A model generated the notes under the pieces. That model did no database searches, was not told the origin of the DNA, and saw only the letters and a program-made list of their open reading frames with translations. Made by a program: the position numbers and the translations under genes. From Candidatus Micrarchaeota archaeon (GTDB taxonomy: Archaea; Micrarchaeota; Micrarchaeia; Anstonellales; Bilamarchaeaceae), in contig JBDRPL010000010.1 of the NCBI GenBank assembly GCA_043827025.1, forward strand, positions 5,834 through 69,833: DNA of 64,000 nucleotides, given 5' to 3'. This document shows, in pieces, positions 28,552 to 40,847 of this stretch. Position 1 is the first letter of the stretch. The number at the start of each line of letters is the position of its first letter.

Positions 28552-29613
28552 TTAATCTATCTGCCCCCTTCCTCTTAGGGCCCCATTTATCTTTTCTGAT
28601 GTCTTTCTGTATATTTTCCTGAACCTTATCCTTTTCCTGTTGCCTTCTTTCTTTTCAAAAACAGTTTCTACCCTTATCTCCTTGCTCATGTGCTTCTTTA
28701 TGTTTTCGTAGATTCTTGGATCTTTCACTAGTATTTCATATTCCTCGTGACTATGGCCTTCTTTTTCTGATTGTTTTATGGAATCAATTAAATTGAAGAA
28801 TGCCTTCCCCATCCGTTTCTCATATTCGTCTCTCTTGAGCCCGAAGTCATTTAGGAACATTGAAGCTCTAAAGATGCGCTGCATGAAGAATCCTGGCGGC
28901 ATATCAAAAAAGCTTTTCACTGCTTCTTCCACGTCGGCAATGTCTGAATTCGCCACTACATATTTCACGGTTTCCTTTCTGCTCGCTGTTTTTATTACTA
29001 TTCCTTCCCTGTTGGAATTGTTTATATCAAGTGCGATTTTCTTTATCTTGTCAATATCTTTTGTGCTGAATTTGCCAAGCCTGGGCACGCTTTCGATATC
29101 GTATTTGTCCAGCAACTTATACTTTTCTGCAATAGGCAGATAGGTTTCGTTTTCCAATCCTATGTCAAAAACAAGGAATTTCACATCAAACTTTTTTGTT
29201 GGCAGGGTATATGGCGTATTGCCGACCATCTCTCCGCACAATACATATTTCGGATGATCTTTGAAGAACTTCTCAAGTTTCATTTCCCTTGCCTTTTCAG
29301 TTGAGAACAAATCAATGAAACCGCCTCTTGAAAAGGCAAATACCTTGCCTTCAACAATTGCCACCCTGACATTGAAGCCATCTATCTTCTCTTCTATGTA
29401 AATCTCTTTTTCAGTTATGTTCTTCTCAATGCCTTTGTCCAAGGTAAAGATTCGTTTTATGTGAGGGTAGCCAGGAACGACTCGTTCTCTTGTTATTACT
29501 CGCCCTCGGTTTATTTCTCTAAAGCCTTCGCGGAATCTATAATATTCAATATCTTCTTTGTGGTGTATAATCTTCCCGCGCTTGATTGCCTCGTCCAGCT
29601 CCTTCTTTTCCAT
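28552..29613 (-). CDS. ATP-dependent RNA ligase, archaeal Rnl3 (Pab1020-like) family
   Basis: PGYPHIKR, motif I EEKIDGFNVR, SRGG, GEMVG, FDI, REGIVIK, VKY. Confidence 0.88.
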   Translation of the reverse strand: MEKKELDEAIKRGKIIHHKEDIEYYRFREGFREINRGRVITRERVVPGYPHIKRIFTLDKGIEKNITEKEIYIEEKIDGFNVRVAIVEGKVFAFSRGGFIDLFSTEKAREMKLEKFFKDHPKYVLCGEMVGNTPYTLPTKKFDVKFLVFDIGLENETYLPIAEKYKLLDKYDIESVPRLGKFSTKDIDKIKKIALDINNSNREGIVIKTASRKETVKYVVANSDIADVEEAVKSFFDMPPGFFMQRIFRASMFLNDFGLKRDEYEKRMGKAFFNLIDSIKQSEKEGHSHEEYEILVKDPRIYENIKKHMSKEIRVETVFEKKEGNRKRIRFRKIYRKTSEKINGALRGRGQID

Positions 29614-29708
29614 GATTAGAGTTTTTGTTCAAAGTTTTTATATTTGCTGTTTTGCATAAGGGGGTAAGATACTAGGGGGAATTCGAGTTTGACAAGTGTC
29701 CCCCTGTA

Positions 29709-30218
29709 TTACCAAGGAACTTTCTTGACTCCAATCCTGTTCGCAATGAAATTAGTCAGTGGATGAAGAATAAGTGTAATGGCCAATATCAAAACTATTC
29801 CGTCAGGCTGGTAATATATCTTTGGGCTTGAGGAGTATGCAAAAGCCAATGCTATCACAAGGAAAAAGAATGTGTCAAGCACGAATGGTTTTCCAGAATC
29901 GATGTTCAGCCTTCTTTTTATGAAACTTCCAAGCGAATCTCCGACCATGGTTCCAAGAGATAGAAGGAATGCGACAAACACCATCTGGTCTGCTGTGAAT
30001 TCAGGAAGAAGATATAGCCTGCTCAAAACGAATCCGAACAAAGTTCCTACAAATACTCCTCCGATGAAGCCCCTTATTGTTTTTCCATCCCCCAATATCC
30101 TTTTGCCATCAATGGATTTTCCAAGGTCAATCGGAGTTCCACCTCCTAAAATCACAGGGGAAGAATTAGCGATGTATGCAGGAAGAATGAACAGCACCAG
30201 ATAAATAAGTTCGATCAT
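29709..30218 (-). CDS. carS: CDP-archaeol synthase
   Basis: LPAYIANSSP, PIDLG, DGKRILGDGKT, GDSLGSFIKRR, C-terminal KKVPW. Confidence 0.92.
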   Translation of the reverse strand: MIELIYLVLFILPAYIANSSPVILGGGTPIDLGKSIDGKRILGDGKTIRGFIGGVFVGTLFGFVLSRLYLLPEFTADQMVFVAFLLSLGTMVGDSLGSFIKRRLNIDSGKPFVLDTFFFLVIALAFAYSSSPKIYYQPDGIVLILAITLILHPLTNFIANRIGVKKVPW

Positions 30219-30258
30219 TGAATCGAATACTTATTCGATACTATTTTAAAATTATTAT

Positions 30259-30514
30259 GTGGGCTCCCTGGTTTGCTGCAAACCACCAAGAAGGAGCTTT
30301 TACCTTGGGCTCCACTCTGGAGTCTCACTAGCACGATTTGGTATACTTAGGGATGCTCCTTTCGGCCTGACCCGTTTTGCACAACAAACCGTCAAATGAG
30401 GTAGAGTATCAACACTTGCGATAAAAGGCATCCTAGCGACTACAACGCCGCAGGTTTTTGGCCCGTCTAAAGGGGACGTACGGTGAAGGGACCCCTGGCC
30501 CCAACCTAGCCCAC
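30259..30514 (-). ncRNA. ffs: Signal recognition particle (7S) RNA
   Basis: Minus strand has helix-8 motif GGGUCAGGCC-GAAA-GGAGCAUCCC, an Alu-like 5' part (GGGGCCAGGGGUCCC..CCCCU), terminal pairing GUGGGCU/AGCCCAC, and TTAAATA upstream. Confidence 0.85.
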
Positions 30515-30547
30515 GATAAGAATATGAATAGAGGCTTATTTAAGATT

Positions 30548-30838
30548 TCACTTTTTTCGTTTCTTCCCTGCCTTTTTCCTTACCTTTGATTTAGCAGGTT
30601 TCTTTTTCCCTGCCAGCTCATTTTCCATCGCACGTTCTCCCGCCTTCTTTTTTTGGTATTTTGAATCTTCATCCAGCCCTGCGAAAACCATGAGCAGGCC
30701 CAGAAGGAAAACTACTATAACTACAAATCCAAACAGAGTTTTTATGAATATGTCCAGAAGGTCCTTAAGATATTCAATTGTCATGAATGCAGTTATCAAA
30801 AGAACTATTCCCACTATACAATACTTCATTCCGCCCAT
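30548..30838 (-). CDS. Small two-TM membrane protein with Lys-rich tail
   Basis: KYC + hydrophobic hairpin; resembles its upstream neighbour. Confidence 0.6.
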   Translation of the reverse strand: MGGMKYCIVGIVLLITAFMTIEYLKDLLDIFIKTLFGFVVIVVFLLGLLMVFAGLDEDSKYQKKKAGERAMENELAGKKKPAKSKVRKKAGKKRKK

Positions 30839-30842
30839 GTTC

Positions 30843-31088
30843 TTACCGTGTTCTTTTTAGTTTAGGGTTTTCTTCCCCTATCCCCATTACTAGGAATGCA
30901 ACTCCTGACAGTATCGTTATAGCAACCATCAGGCCGAGTATGACGTTCTTAGCTGTTCCTAGAAACTCTCCGAAATATTCAGTCATCCCAATAGCAATAA
31001 CTATCAGCAATATGCCCAGCAGGCAATACTTCCATGATTCCATTAATTGTTTGTGTTTAGCAGGTTTAAATGGGTTTTGCTTAAGCAT
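30843..31088 (-). CDS. Small two-TM membrane protein (likely paralog of 30548-30838); start uncertain
   Basis: WKYCLLGI...EY...G..E pattern shared with the neighbour. Confidence 0.55.
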   Translation of the reverse strand: MLKQNPFKPAKHKQLMESWKYCLLGILLIVIAIGMTEYFGEFLGTAKNVILGLMVAITILSGVAFLVMGIGEENPKLKRTR

Positions 31089-31635
31089 ACCTCGCCCTTT
31101 TCTTTACTTGTTCTATTCTTTTTTCAATCTGGTCAAACTTATTGCATTTTCTGTAACCTTCAACGAATTTCTCGCCTTCTTCCGTATTAATCATCTTCAG
31201 CATTGTCAAAACATCGATTGCCTTGTCTTCTATGTCTGATGAAACGAATCCAAGCCCGAAATCTATTACAACTAGTTTTCCATTTTCGAAAAGAAGGTTT
31301 GCTGGTGTAAAATCACCATGAATGATATCTGCATTATGCAGTTTTGCAAGTATTTCTCCAGCCTGTTTTGCAATTCCACCATCTATCTTCCGTTTGCCTT
31401 TCACAAACTCTAGTGTTAATTTAAACTCTTCAACAGCAAGCACTGTTGGGCATGAAACCCCAGCTAGTTTTGCTTTATGAAGGAGCCTTGCCTCGCGCCT
31501 TGTCCTTTCTCTTCTTAATTTCTCGTCAAGCTCCTTGTTCCTATAATTTTTCACTACCCTGTCTTTCACAACTACCTTTCTTCCTATGAATTTGCTAGTA
31601 GTTACAATTGCTTCTGCACCTTTACTTTGCTTCAT
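31081..31635 (-). CDS. bud32: KEOPS kinase Bud32
   Basis: GAEA, K.YR..ELD..LR..RT..EA, IIHGDFTPAN, IDFGL, EDKAID, C-terminal RARY. Confidence 0.9.
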   Translation of the reverse strand: MKQSKGAEAIVTTSKFIGRKVVVKDRVVKNYRNKELDEKLRRERTRREARLLHKAKLAGVSCPTVLAVEEFKLTLEFVKGKRKIDGGIAKQAGEILAKLHNADIIHGDFTPANLLFENGKLVVIDFGLGFVSSDIEDKAIDVLTMLKMINTEEGEKFVEGYRKCNKFDQIEKRIEQVKKRARYA

Positions 31636-32369
31636 TTCCTTACCCTTGAAAAAAGCCCTGAGATGAGCATAAACAATACTAGCAATATTCCCCAACTCAC
31701 AACCATGCCCATGAAAAACCCTGGCATGTCAAGCATCTTTTCCATGACTATGGCAACTATTCCAGTGGCAATCAGGAATCCACCCCATACTACTTTGCTC
31801 CATGCGAATATCTTGCTTCCGTCAAGCGGGAATACTGGTATAGCATTGAAAAGTCCAAGCAGGAGATTTATGTAGGCTCCGAACTGCCATACTGAGATTG
31901 GCCCTCCAAGTATGGCAAGGAAAACAGTTATCTCTTTGGTTGCGCTTAGGAATATGAACGCAATTGCAACAACAAGATTGGTCACTGGCCCTGCAAGCGA
32001 AATCATCCCGTTTTCTTTTCTCGTTATCCTTGGGGCATAGATATAAACTGCACCAGGGGCTGCGAATATGAAGCCGAAAAGAGAAGTCAGCATCATCAGG
32101 AATATTCCCTGAAACCACATCACGAATTTTGCAGATGCCCCATAATAGATTGCAGTTATCTTGTGGGCCATCTCGTGAAGTATGAATCCGCTTCCTACTG
32201 TGACAATGCAAAGGAAAGTCATCACTATAAATTCATCAGGATTATTGGCCATTGTTTCTATTCCCGAAAGCCCTCCTGCAAAAAATATGGTGAATGCTAC
32301 GGATAAGGCGAGTATGGAGGCGATAATGTCTCTGATTTCATCTTTTCCGAATTTTATTTGATTAAACAT
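31632..32369 (-). CDS. Site-2 protease (peptidase M50)
   Basis: HEMAH, AAPGAV, LAGP..N, FNAIP.FPLDG. Confidence 0.9.
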   Translation of the reverse strand: MFNQIKFGKDEIRDIIASILALSVAFTIFFAGGLSGIETMANNPDEFIVMTFLCIVTVGSGFILHEMAHKITAIYYGASAKFVMWFQGIFLMMLTSLFGFIFAAPGAVYIYAPRITRKENGMISLAGPVTNLVVAIAFIFLSATKEITVFLAILGGPISVWQFGAYINLLLGLFNAIPVFPLDGSKIFAWSKVVWGGFLIATGIVAIVMEKMLDMPGFFMGMVVSWGILLVLFMLISGLFSRVRK

Positions 32370-32739
32370 TTGCAATCTCCTCATATATTGCCCTTATCCT
32401 GGGTGGTGAAAAAACTCCGCTGTATGACTCTACAATGCCAAGCGCCTCGCTTCCATTTCCGAATCTTACCCTTATCTTATCATTTTTCTTTCCTTTGTCA
32501 ACTGCAGTGCCTGTCCTTCCAATAACAACAGGAGTAGAATTGCTTACTACTGAAACAGTGTCGCCTGCCTTTATCCCCCTTATCTCAGGATAAATGATGG
32601 ATGCAGTTATTGAAATCGCGCACCCTATTGCCAGGAATTTTGCAAGATCTGTGAGATCTGCATCAGGTATCATGCCAAAATAAAAAAGCGACAATGCGAC
32701 CAATACTGCGAATAGCTTTACGAATATCTTAAGTCTCAT
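32362..32739 (-). CDS. Hypothetical membrane-anchored protein with small beta domain
   Basis: Two N-terminal TM segments; coupled to M50 and cdc48. Confidence 0.65.
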   Translation of the reverse strand: MRLKIFVKLFAVLVALSLFYFGMIPDADLTDLAKFLAIGCAISITASIIYPEIRGIKAGDTVSVVSNSTPVVIGRTGTAVDKGKKNDKIRVRFGNGSEALGIVESYSGVFSPPRIRAIYEEIANV

Positions 32740-32782
32740 TTTATAGCACCATTACTTTCATCATCTATATTCATCGATCTAT

Positions 32783-35859
<3,077 letters not shown>

Positions 35860-35902
35860 TTTGAACCTCCGTATCAAGCGCTGTTCAAGGAACAGTCTAT
35901 AA

Positions 35903-37597
35903 TCAGGATTCCTCTTCCCAAAGTTTCTTTATGAGTCCTTTCAATTCCTCTCTTTTCTTTCTGAATTCGGTCTCTTCTTCCCTGGTGAGGGTTATTTCAT
36001 TGGCAACTTCATCTTCTGTGATGCCCTCTTCGCTTCCAAGAGCACCACTGCTCCTTATGGAAAGCATTTCAGCTTGTTTTGAAAGCATATTGAGTTTCCT
36101 TGTAAGGTTGCCTGCAAGCGTGACAGTTTCATCTATTTTGTATTTTATCTCGTCTATAGTATCTTTCTTGTTTTTTATCTCTTCTATGTTCTTGAGTAGC
36201 GGACCTATATCTCCAATCTCGCCCTTTTGGAGTTTCTTCCTGTAGTTTTCTATTTCGGCATCTATGCCTTTTGAAAGTTCCTTTTTCATGCCTTGCACAT
36301 CTTCTTCTATTTCAGAGAGCTGTGTCGAGTAGGCTTCCAGCGAACCAAGAGTCCTTTCCTTTATCTTCTGGAACGTTGCATATGTGCTTCCTTCTTCCTC
36401 AACTGCCCTGAACACTTCTTCGGATTCTGCGATTATTTGGTTTCTTATGTCCTCTGCCTTCTTTTGTATCGTCTTGAATTCCTTGAGTATGTCTATTGGG
36501 CCTGAAACTTCTGAAAGGAGTTTTTCCATTGCCTCCATTTTTTCTCCCAGGTCATTTTCCTTGGATTCCAGTTCTGCCACCTTTGCATTGACTTCTTTTT
36601 GCGAAGGGAATTTTTTCATTATGTCTTTTGCAACATCTATGGAATCTGCGAACCTTTCAACAGTGTCGGCATCGCCCTTTATTTCTTCAAGCATTTCAGC
36701 GCTTCTTTTTTGGACGTCTCCCATTGTCTTGAGCATGCCCTGCATTTCTTTTTTCATGGACTCTGTTCTTTTCTCATGGGTTTTTATTGCATCTGCTATT
36801 GACTGGCTTAGTTCAGCGGTTTCTGTGAGGTTCCTCATATCTTCCTTTACCTTGAAATTGTTTTTAGCAAGATCCTTGAATTCTAGTTTTAGCTTGTCTA
36901 GTTTTTTGGTGAAATCGAGTTTCTGCATTTCTTTTGGCAGCATTTTCCTGGCTTCATCTATTTTTTCCTCGATGTCTGTGACTTCTGTTTTTATGCCTTT
37001 AATCTCTTTTCTTAGAGAATCCATCTTGGTGTTGTCCATTCCACCCTTTCCTTTTATTTCGGACTTGATTGACTGTACCTGGCCCTTGAGTTCCTTGTTA
37101 GAGTTTTCAATTATCTGAAGTTTGTCTTCAAGTTCCTGTTTCTTGAATTCGTAATCCTCGTATTTCTTTTCGAGTATTGTCTTGATATCTGTATTTGCCC
37201 CTAGCGAGCCTTCTATTTTCTTTATCTTCGGGTAAATCTTTTCGTAAAAATCGTCAAATGTCTTCTTCATTTTCTCGAGGCTCTTGATCTCAGGTTCAAT
37301 TTCGTCTTTTAGTTCCGCAACCTTGGTTTTTACAGAAGCCTTTTCCCGATATATGGCCTGGGTCTCCTTTTCCACTTCCTTTTCAGTTGGTTTGACCCAG
37401 CTTAAGTAGACTTTGGTCAAATAATAATCAACGCGTATTATTCCCTCTTCATCAAGAACCTTGGCCCAGTCTTCGACCTGTTCTATTTCGATTTTGAGGA
37501 TCTTAGCTGCCATTTCGAGCTCTATCTTCTGCTTTTCCTTTACTAATCTAACAAGTTTGTCCACACCTGTCGTAACAAGAAGCTCGTCGAATTCCAT
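35903..37597 (-). CDS. Long coiled-coil protein with N-terminal winged-helix-like domain
   Basis: TGVDKLV..AAKIL....QVEDWAKVLDEEGII; ~480 aa of heptad-rich E/K sequence; no Walker motifs. Confidence 0.75.
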   Translation of the reverse strand: MEFDELLVTTGVDKLVRLVKEKQKIELEMAAKILKIEIEQVEDWAKVLDEEGIIRVDYYLTKVYLSWVKPTEKEVEKETQAIYREKASVKTKVAELKDEIEPEIKSLEKMKKTFDDFYEKIYPKIKKIEGSLGANTDIKTILEKKYEDYEFKKQELEDKLQIIENSNKELKGQVQSIKSEIKGKGGMDNTKMDSLRKEIKGIKTEVTDIEEKIDEARKMLPKEMQKLDFTKKLDKLKLEFKDLAKNNFKVKEDMRNLTETAELSQSIADAIKTHEKRTESMKKEMQGMLKTMGDVQKRSAEMLEEIKGDADTVERFADSIDVAKDIMKKFPSQKEVNAKVAELESKENDLGEKMEAMEKLLSEVSGPIDILKEFKTIQKKAEDIRNQIIAESEEVFRAVEEEGSTYATFQKIKERTLGSLEAYSTQLSEIEEDVQGMKKELSKGIDAEIENYRKKLQKGEIGDIGPLLKNIEEIKNKKDTIDEIKYKIDETVTLAGNLTRKLNMLSKQAEMLSIRSSGALGSEEGITEDEVANEITLTREEETEFRKKREELKGLIKKLWEEES

Positions 37598-37660
37598 ATG
37601 CTTATAATAATTTAGATATGGTTAATAAACTTGCGCCTCCATTATTTTTGAGTGGTACTA

Positions 37661-39172
37661 ATGGATCAGGGCTTGGATTATAACATCATCAAAAACGAAA
37701 AGGGTCCTCTTCAACGTTTCAAGAACCAAAATCTCCTTTTGAAAAAGTTCGGAGAAGTTGGCCTTCAGGTTTACAAAGTAATAACTGGGAAGAGAACTGT
37801 CAACGAGCTTAGGAAAGACCTTGGGATGGATAATGATGTTTTCTCAGGTATAATTACTTATATGGAAGAAGCAGGCATGATAACTTTGGAGTCTGCTGGT
37901 GAATCCAAAAAGCAGAAACCTTCGGAAACTGGCAAGGCAAAGGGAAGGAAGCCTATAGAAGAACCTACTGAAGAGCCTGTTGAAGAAACAAAAGAAGAGA
38001 AATCACCTGAAGAATCATTTGAGATACTTCCTGAGGAGGATCTTGAGATAAAGCCAGATGATGGGGCAAATGAAGAATCAGATATTTTCCCTCCAAGGTC
38101 TAGGAAGGGCCAGAAAAAGAAACCTGAGGAGGAGATTTTTGAAATTTCAGAAGAAGACACTACGGCCTCTGATGAAAATACTGAAGAACCTCAACAGGAA
38201 GAAGAGGTTGCTGAAGATGCTGATGATCAAGAAAAACCTGTGGATGAAATAGAGCCTTTCGAGGTAGAAAATGCTGATGAAGAGCCACTGACTGATGAAG
38301 CTAGTGAGGGCAAAGATACTTCAGAAGAAGGCGAGACGCGGGAAGAAGAGGACCTAGTACCTTCAGATGAGGGTGAAGGATTATCTTTGGATGAAGGGTC
38401 TGAAGATTTGAGCCCTGTGGAGAAAATAATAAAGGAGAAATATGGCGACGTTGGTATAAAGGTTTACACTCTTATAGATGGCCAGAGGACTGCTGAAGAG
38501 ATAATGAATGAAACAGGCCTCACGGAATCAAAGCTTGTTGAAATATTGGATTTTATGGATGAGCAGGGCATAATAAAGCTTGAATATCCAAAAGGCAAGA
38601 AGAAAACCGAAGGTGGTCTAAGTTCTGGCATTGAAGATGTGCACAAGGAGGAGTTCATTCCAATATTGTCTTCCCAGGAAGGCGATGCGGATATGAAGAT
38701 AATCGATCTTTCTCCTTTAGAAGTTCCTATAAAATCAAGAGTAGATATTATGGCTTCTATGCAGCTGAAGGCAAAGCTTTTCATGAATCAGAAAGCCTCG
38801 AAAGTGTATGATGCAGTTGATGGCCAGAAAGATTCTATTGACTTGTGCCTGAAGCTCAACATCCCCATCTACGATCTTGCAAGTGTGTTGAAGTTCCTGA
38901 TTTCAGAGAAGGTAATTGTGGTTAAATCGCTGATGCGCGCAGAAGTGAAGAAAAAATACGGCGATGATGCATACAATGTCTATAAGAAATACGGAAAAGA
39001 AGGACTTTTGCTTTACCAGCTTATAGGTCGTGAAGACTTGTCATTCAAGCAGATGGCGGACAAAGTTTCAAAGGACAAGGAGAAGATAGTCGAGATATTC
39101 ATGTTCATACAGAAAGTACTGAGTCTTGACCTTCCGCTTGATAAGGATGTGCTATATAAACAGCTTGAATGA
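37661..39172 (+). CDS. Protein with four repeated winged-helix-like units and a long acidic linker
   Basis: Repeats KK(F/Y)G..G..VY..I(T/D)G.RT..E...(M)..G.I.L. Confidence 0.75.
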   Translation: MDQGLDYNIIKNEKGPLQRFKNQNLLLKKFGEVGLQVYKVITGKRTVNELRKDLGMDNDVFSGIITYMEEAGMITLESAGESKKQKPSETGKAKGRKPIEEPTEEPVEETKEEKSPEESFEILPEEDLEIKPDDGANEESDIFPPRSRKGQKKKPEEEIFEISEEDTTASDENTEEPQQEEEVAEDADDQEKPVDEIEPFEVENADEEPLTDEASEGKDTSEEGETREEEDLVPSDEGEGLSLDEGSEDLSPVEKIIKEKYGDVGIKVYTLIDGQRTAEEIMNETGLTESKLVEILDFMDEQGIIKLEYPKGKKKTEGGLSSGIEDVHKEEFIPILSSQEGDADMKIIDLSPLEVPIKSRVDIMASMQLKAKLFMNQKASKVYDAVDGQKDSIDLCLKLNIPIYDLASVLKFLISEKVIVVKSLMRAEVKKKYGDDAYNVYKKYGKEGLLLYQLIGREDLSFKQMADKVSKDKEKIVEIFMFIQKVLSLDLPLDKDVLYKQLE

Positions 39173-39174
39173 GG

Positions 39175-39555
39175 TCATATGCGGCTAATGGACATCTTTT
39201 CCAGTTCCATATCGGTAGCTTTCTTTCTTATTTTGTATTTTATCTTCTTTCCAATTTTTATTTTATCTGCATCGTCTGTAAAATTTATCAATAGTATTTC
39301 ATTCCTGTCCTTGAACCTCATTTCTTCAACAGCTCGTCCGATGTCTTTTTTCCCAGAGAGCCAGAGAAGAAACTCGAGTTTCTCCTTTTTCGCCAGGTTT
39401 GTCTTGTTTTCAATGGATTTTTTGCATAGCTCGTAGGCCAGCATTATCTGCTCCTCGCTTGTCTTTTCAGGGTCAAGAAGCAGTATTTCATTTTCCATTT
39501 CCAGTCCTTTAAGCTCTCCTATACTTAGGTCTGATGAAATGATTTCAAATTTCAT
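39175..39555 (-). CDS. cgi121: KEOPS subunit Cgi121-like
   Basis: AYE.......TNLAK...LEFLLWLSGKKDI.RA. Confidence 0.72.
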   Translation of the reverse strand: MKFEIISSDLSIGELKGLEMENEILLLDPEKTSEEQIMLAYELCKKSIENKTNLAKKEKLEFLLWLSGKKDIGRAVEEMRFKDRNEILLINFTDDADKIKIGKKIKYKIRKKATDMELEKMSISRI

Positions 39556-39680
39556 GCATTATTTATCTCCAGTATCATTAAAAACTCCATCCCGAAAGAG
39601 TTAAAAAAGCTACTCATGAACATTAATTTCCTATTATATTGATTATAGAGTATAATGGAATATTTATTCGAGGTTAATTT

Positions 39681-40064
39681 ATGGATCAATATCAAAGATC
39701 ACACGAGAAGAAAGTCGGAAGCGGCACAGGCGGCCGTAAGAACAAGGCAAGGGACAAGAAGCTTGCGCACATGGGAAACCCATTCATTAGCCCTAGAGTC
39801 AGGGATGTAGAAGAAACGGTATGCATGAGGGAAAGGGGCGGAAACAGAAAATTCAAGGTCAAAAAAGCACTTTTCATAAACGTGATCATGAAGGACAAGA
39901 AGGCGAAGAAAGTGAAGATCATCTCTGTTGTCGAGAGCCATAATCCTGAATTCGTAAGGCAGAATGTAGTCACCAAGGGTGCAGTTGTGAATACTGAACT
40001 TGGAAAGGCAAGAGTTATGAACAGGATTGGCCAGGACGGATTAATCAACGGCGTTCTTCTCTGA
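39681..40064 (+). CDS. rps8e: 30S ribosomal protein S8e
   Basis: TGGR...RDKK....G, R.RGGN.K, NPEFVRQNVVTKGAVV.TELG.A.V..R.GQDG.ING. Confidence 0.95.
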   Translation: MDQYQRSHEKKVGSGTGGRKNKARDKKLAHMGNPFISPRVRDVEETVCMRERGGNRKFKVKKALFINVIMKDKKAKKVKIISVVESHNPEFVRQNVVTKGAVVNTELGKARVMNRIGQDGLINGVLL

Positions 40065-40139
40065 TTTTATCTTTTTATCATCTTATTTTTCTGATTTTTT
40101 AATCTTCTAATTTATTAATTTTCTCTTCTTAATCAGCCT

Positions 40140-40838
40140 ATGCAGTATAGATATTTTTGTCTGTTGCTGATTGTGCTTGTTTTTTTCGGGTGCACTAGTA
40201 ATATTCCGGCAAAGCAAGGAAACGGCCAAGACAATGTTACTGTACAGAATATTTCAGAGAATGGTGAAACAATGACTGCGAAACAACACATGGCCAAAGA
40301 AGATTATCTGAAGATTGGGAAAGTTGTCAATAATATTCCTGAATTCCCCGGACAGAAGATGCTGGAGATATATAAGAAAACAGAGTTCAAGTTCAAGCCA
40401 TTTGCAAAGAAACTTGTGGAATCTCCGTACAGCAACACGAGCTGTGCTTATTATGTTGCAATAGAATACGATGATTCCGACCCAGAAGCAAGGCAGCACA
40501 TAAATACTCAGGTTTCAGACAACGAGTTCTTTGTCGAATATGATTCCTATTGGATAGAGCCGGATGTTGTGAAACTAGAGGTGTATGATGGGGAGAAATT
40601 CACCTACAGCCTTGAACCAATCATCACAAAGAAGGGAAAGAAGACTTATGAAGAATATTGCATTGTCCCTGGTAGGGAATACATGCTCAGAATATTCGCA
40701 TATGGCTCGTCATATGAAGGCGATGGTGGAGTTGTAAGCAGGCAGAACTTCCATTTCTACATAAGCGACCAGAAGTATGATGGAAAGAAGATGGTGAAGG
40801 AAGTCTCGACAGAAGTGGAGAGTACTTCTCGCACATGA
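40140..40838 (+). CDS. Putative lipoprotein
   Basis: Signal peptide ending FFGC. Confidence 0.65.
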   Translation: MQYRYFCLLLIVLVFFGCTSNIPAKQGNGQDNVTVQNISENGETMTAKQHMAKEDYLKIGKVVNNIPEFPGQKMLEIYKKTEFKFKPFAKKLVESPYSNTSCAYYVAIEYDDSDPEARQHINTQVSDNEFFVEYDSYWIEPDVVKLEVYDGEKFTYSLEPIITKKGKKTYEEYCIVPGREYMLRIFAYGSSYEGDGGVVSRQNFHFYISDQKYDGKKMVKEVSTEVESTSRT

Positions 40839-40847
40839 TTTCAGGTT

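Noticed and set aside
29670-29709. AGGGGGA/TCCCCCT inverted repeat after carS
   Set aside because: Single short hairpin, at most a terminator-like structure; insufficient support
35903-37597. SMC/Rad50 call
   Set aside because: No Walker A/B, signature motif, hinge or zinc hook
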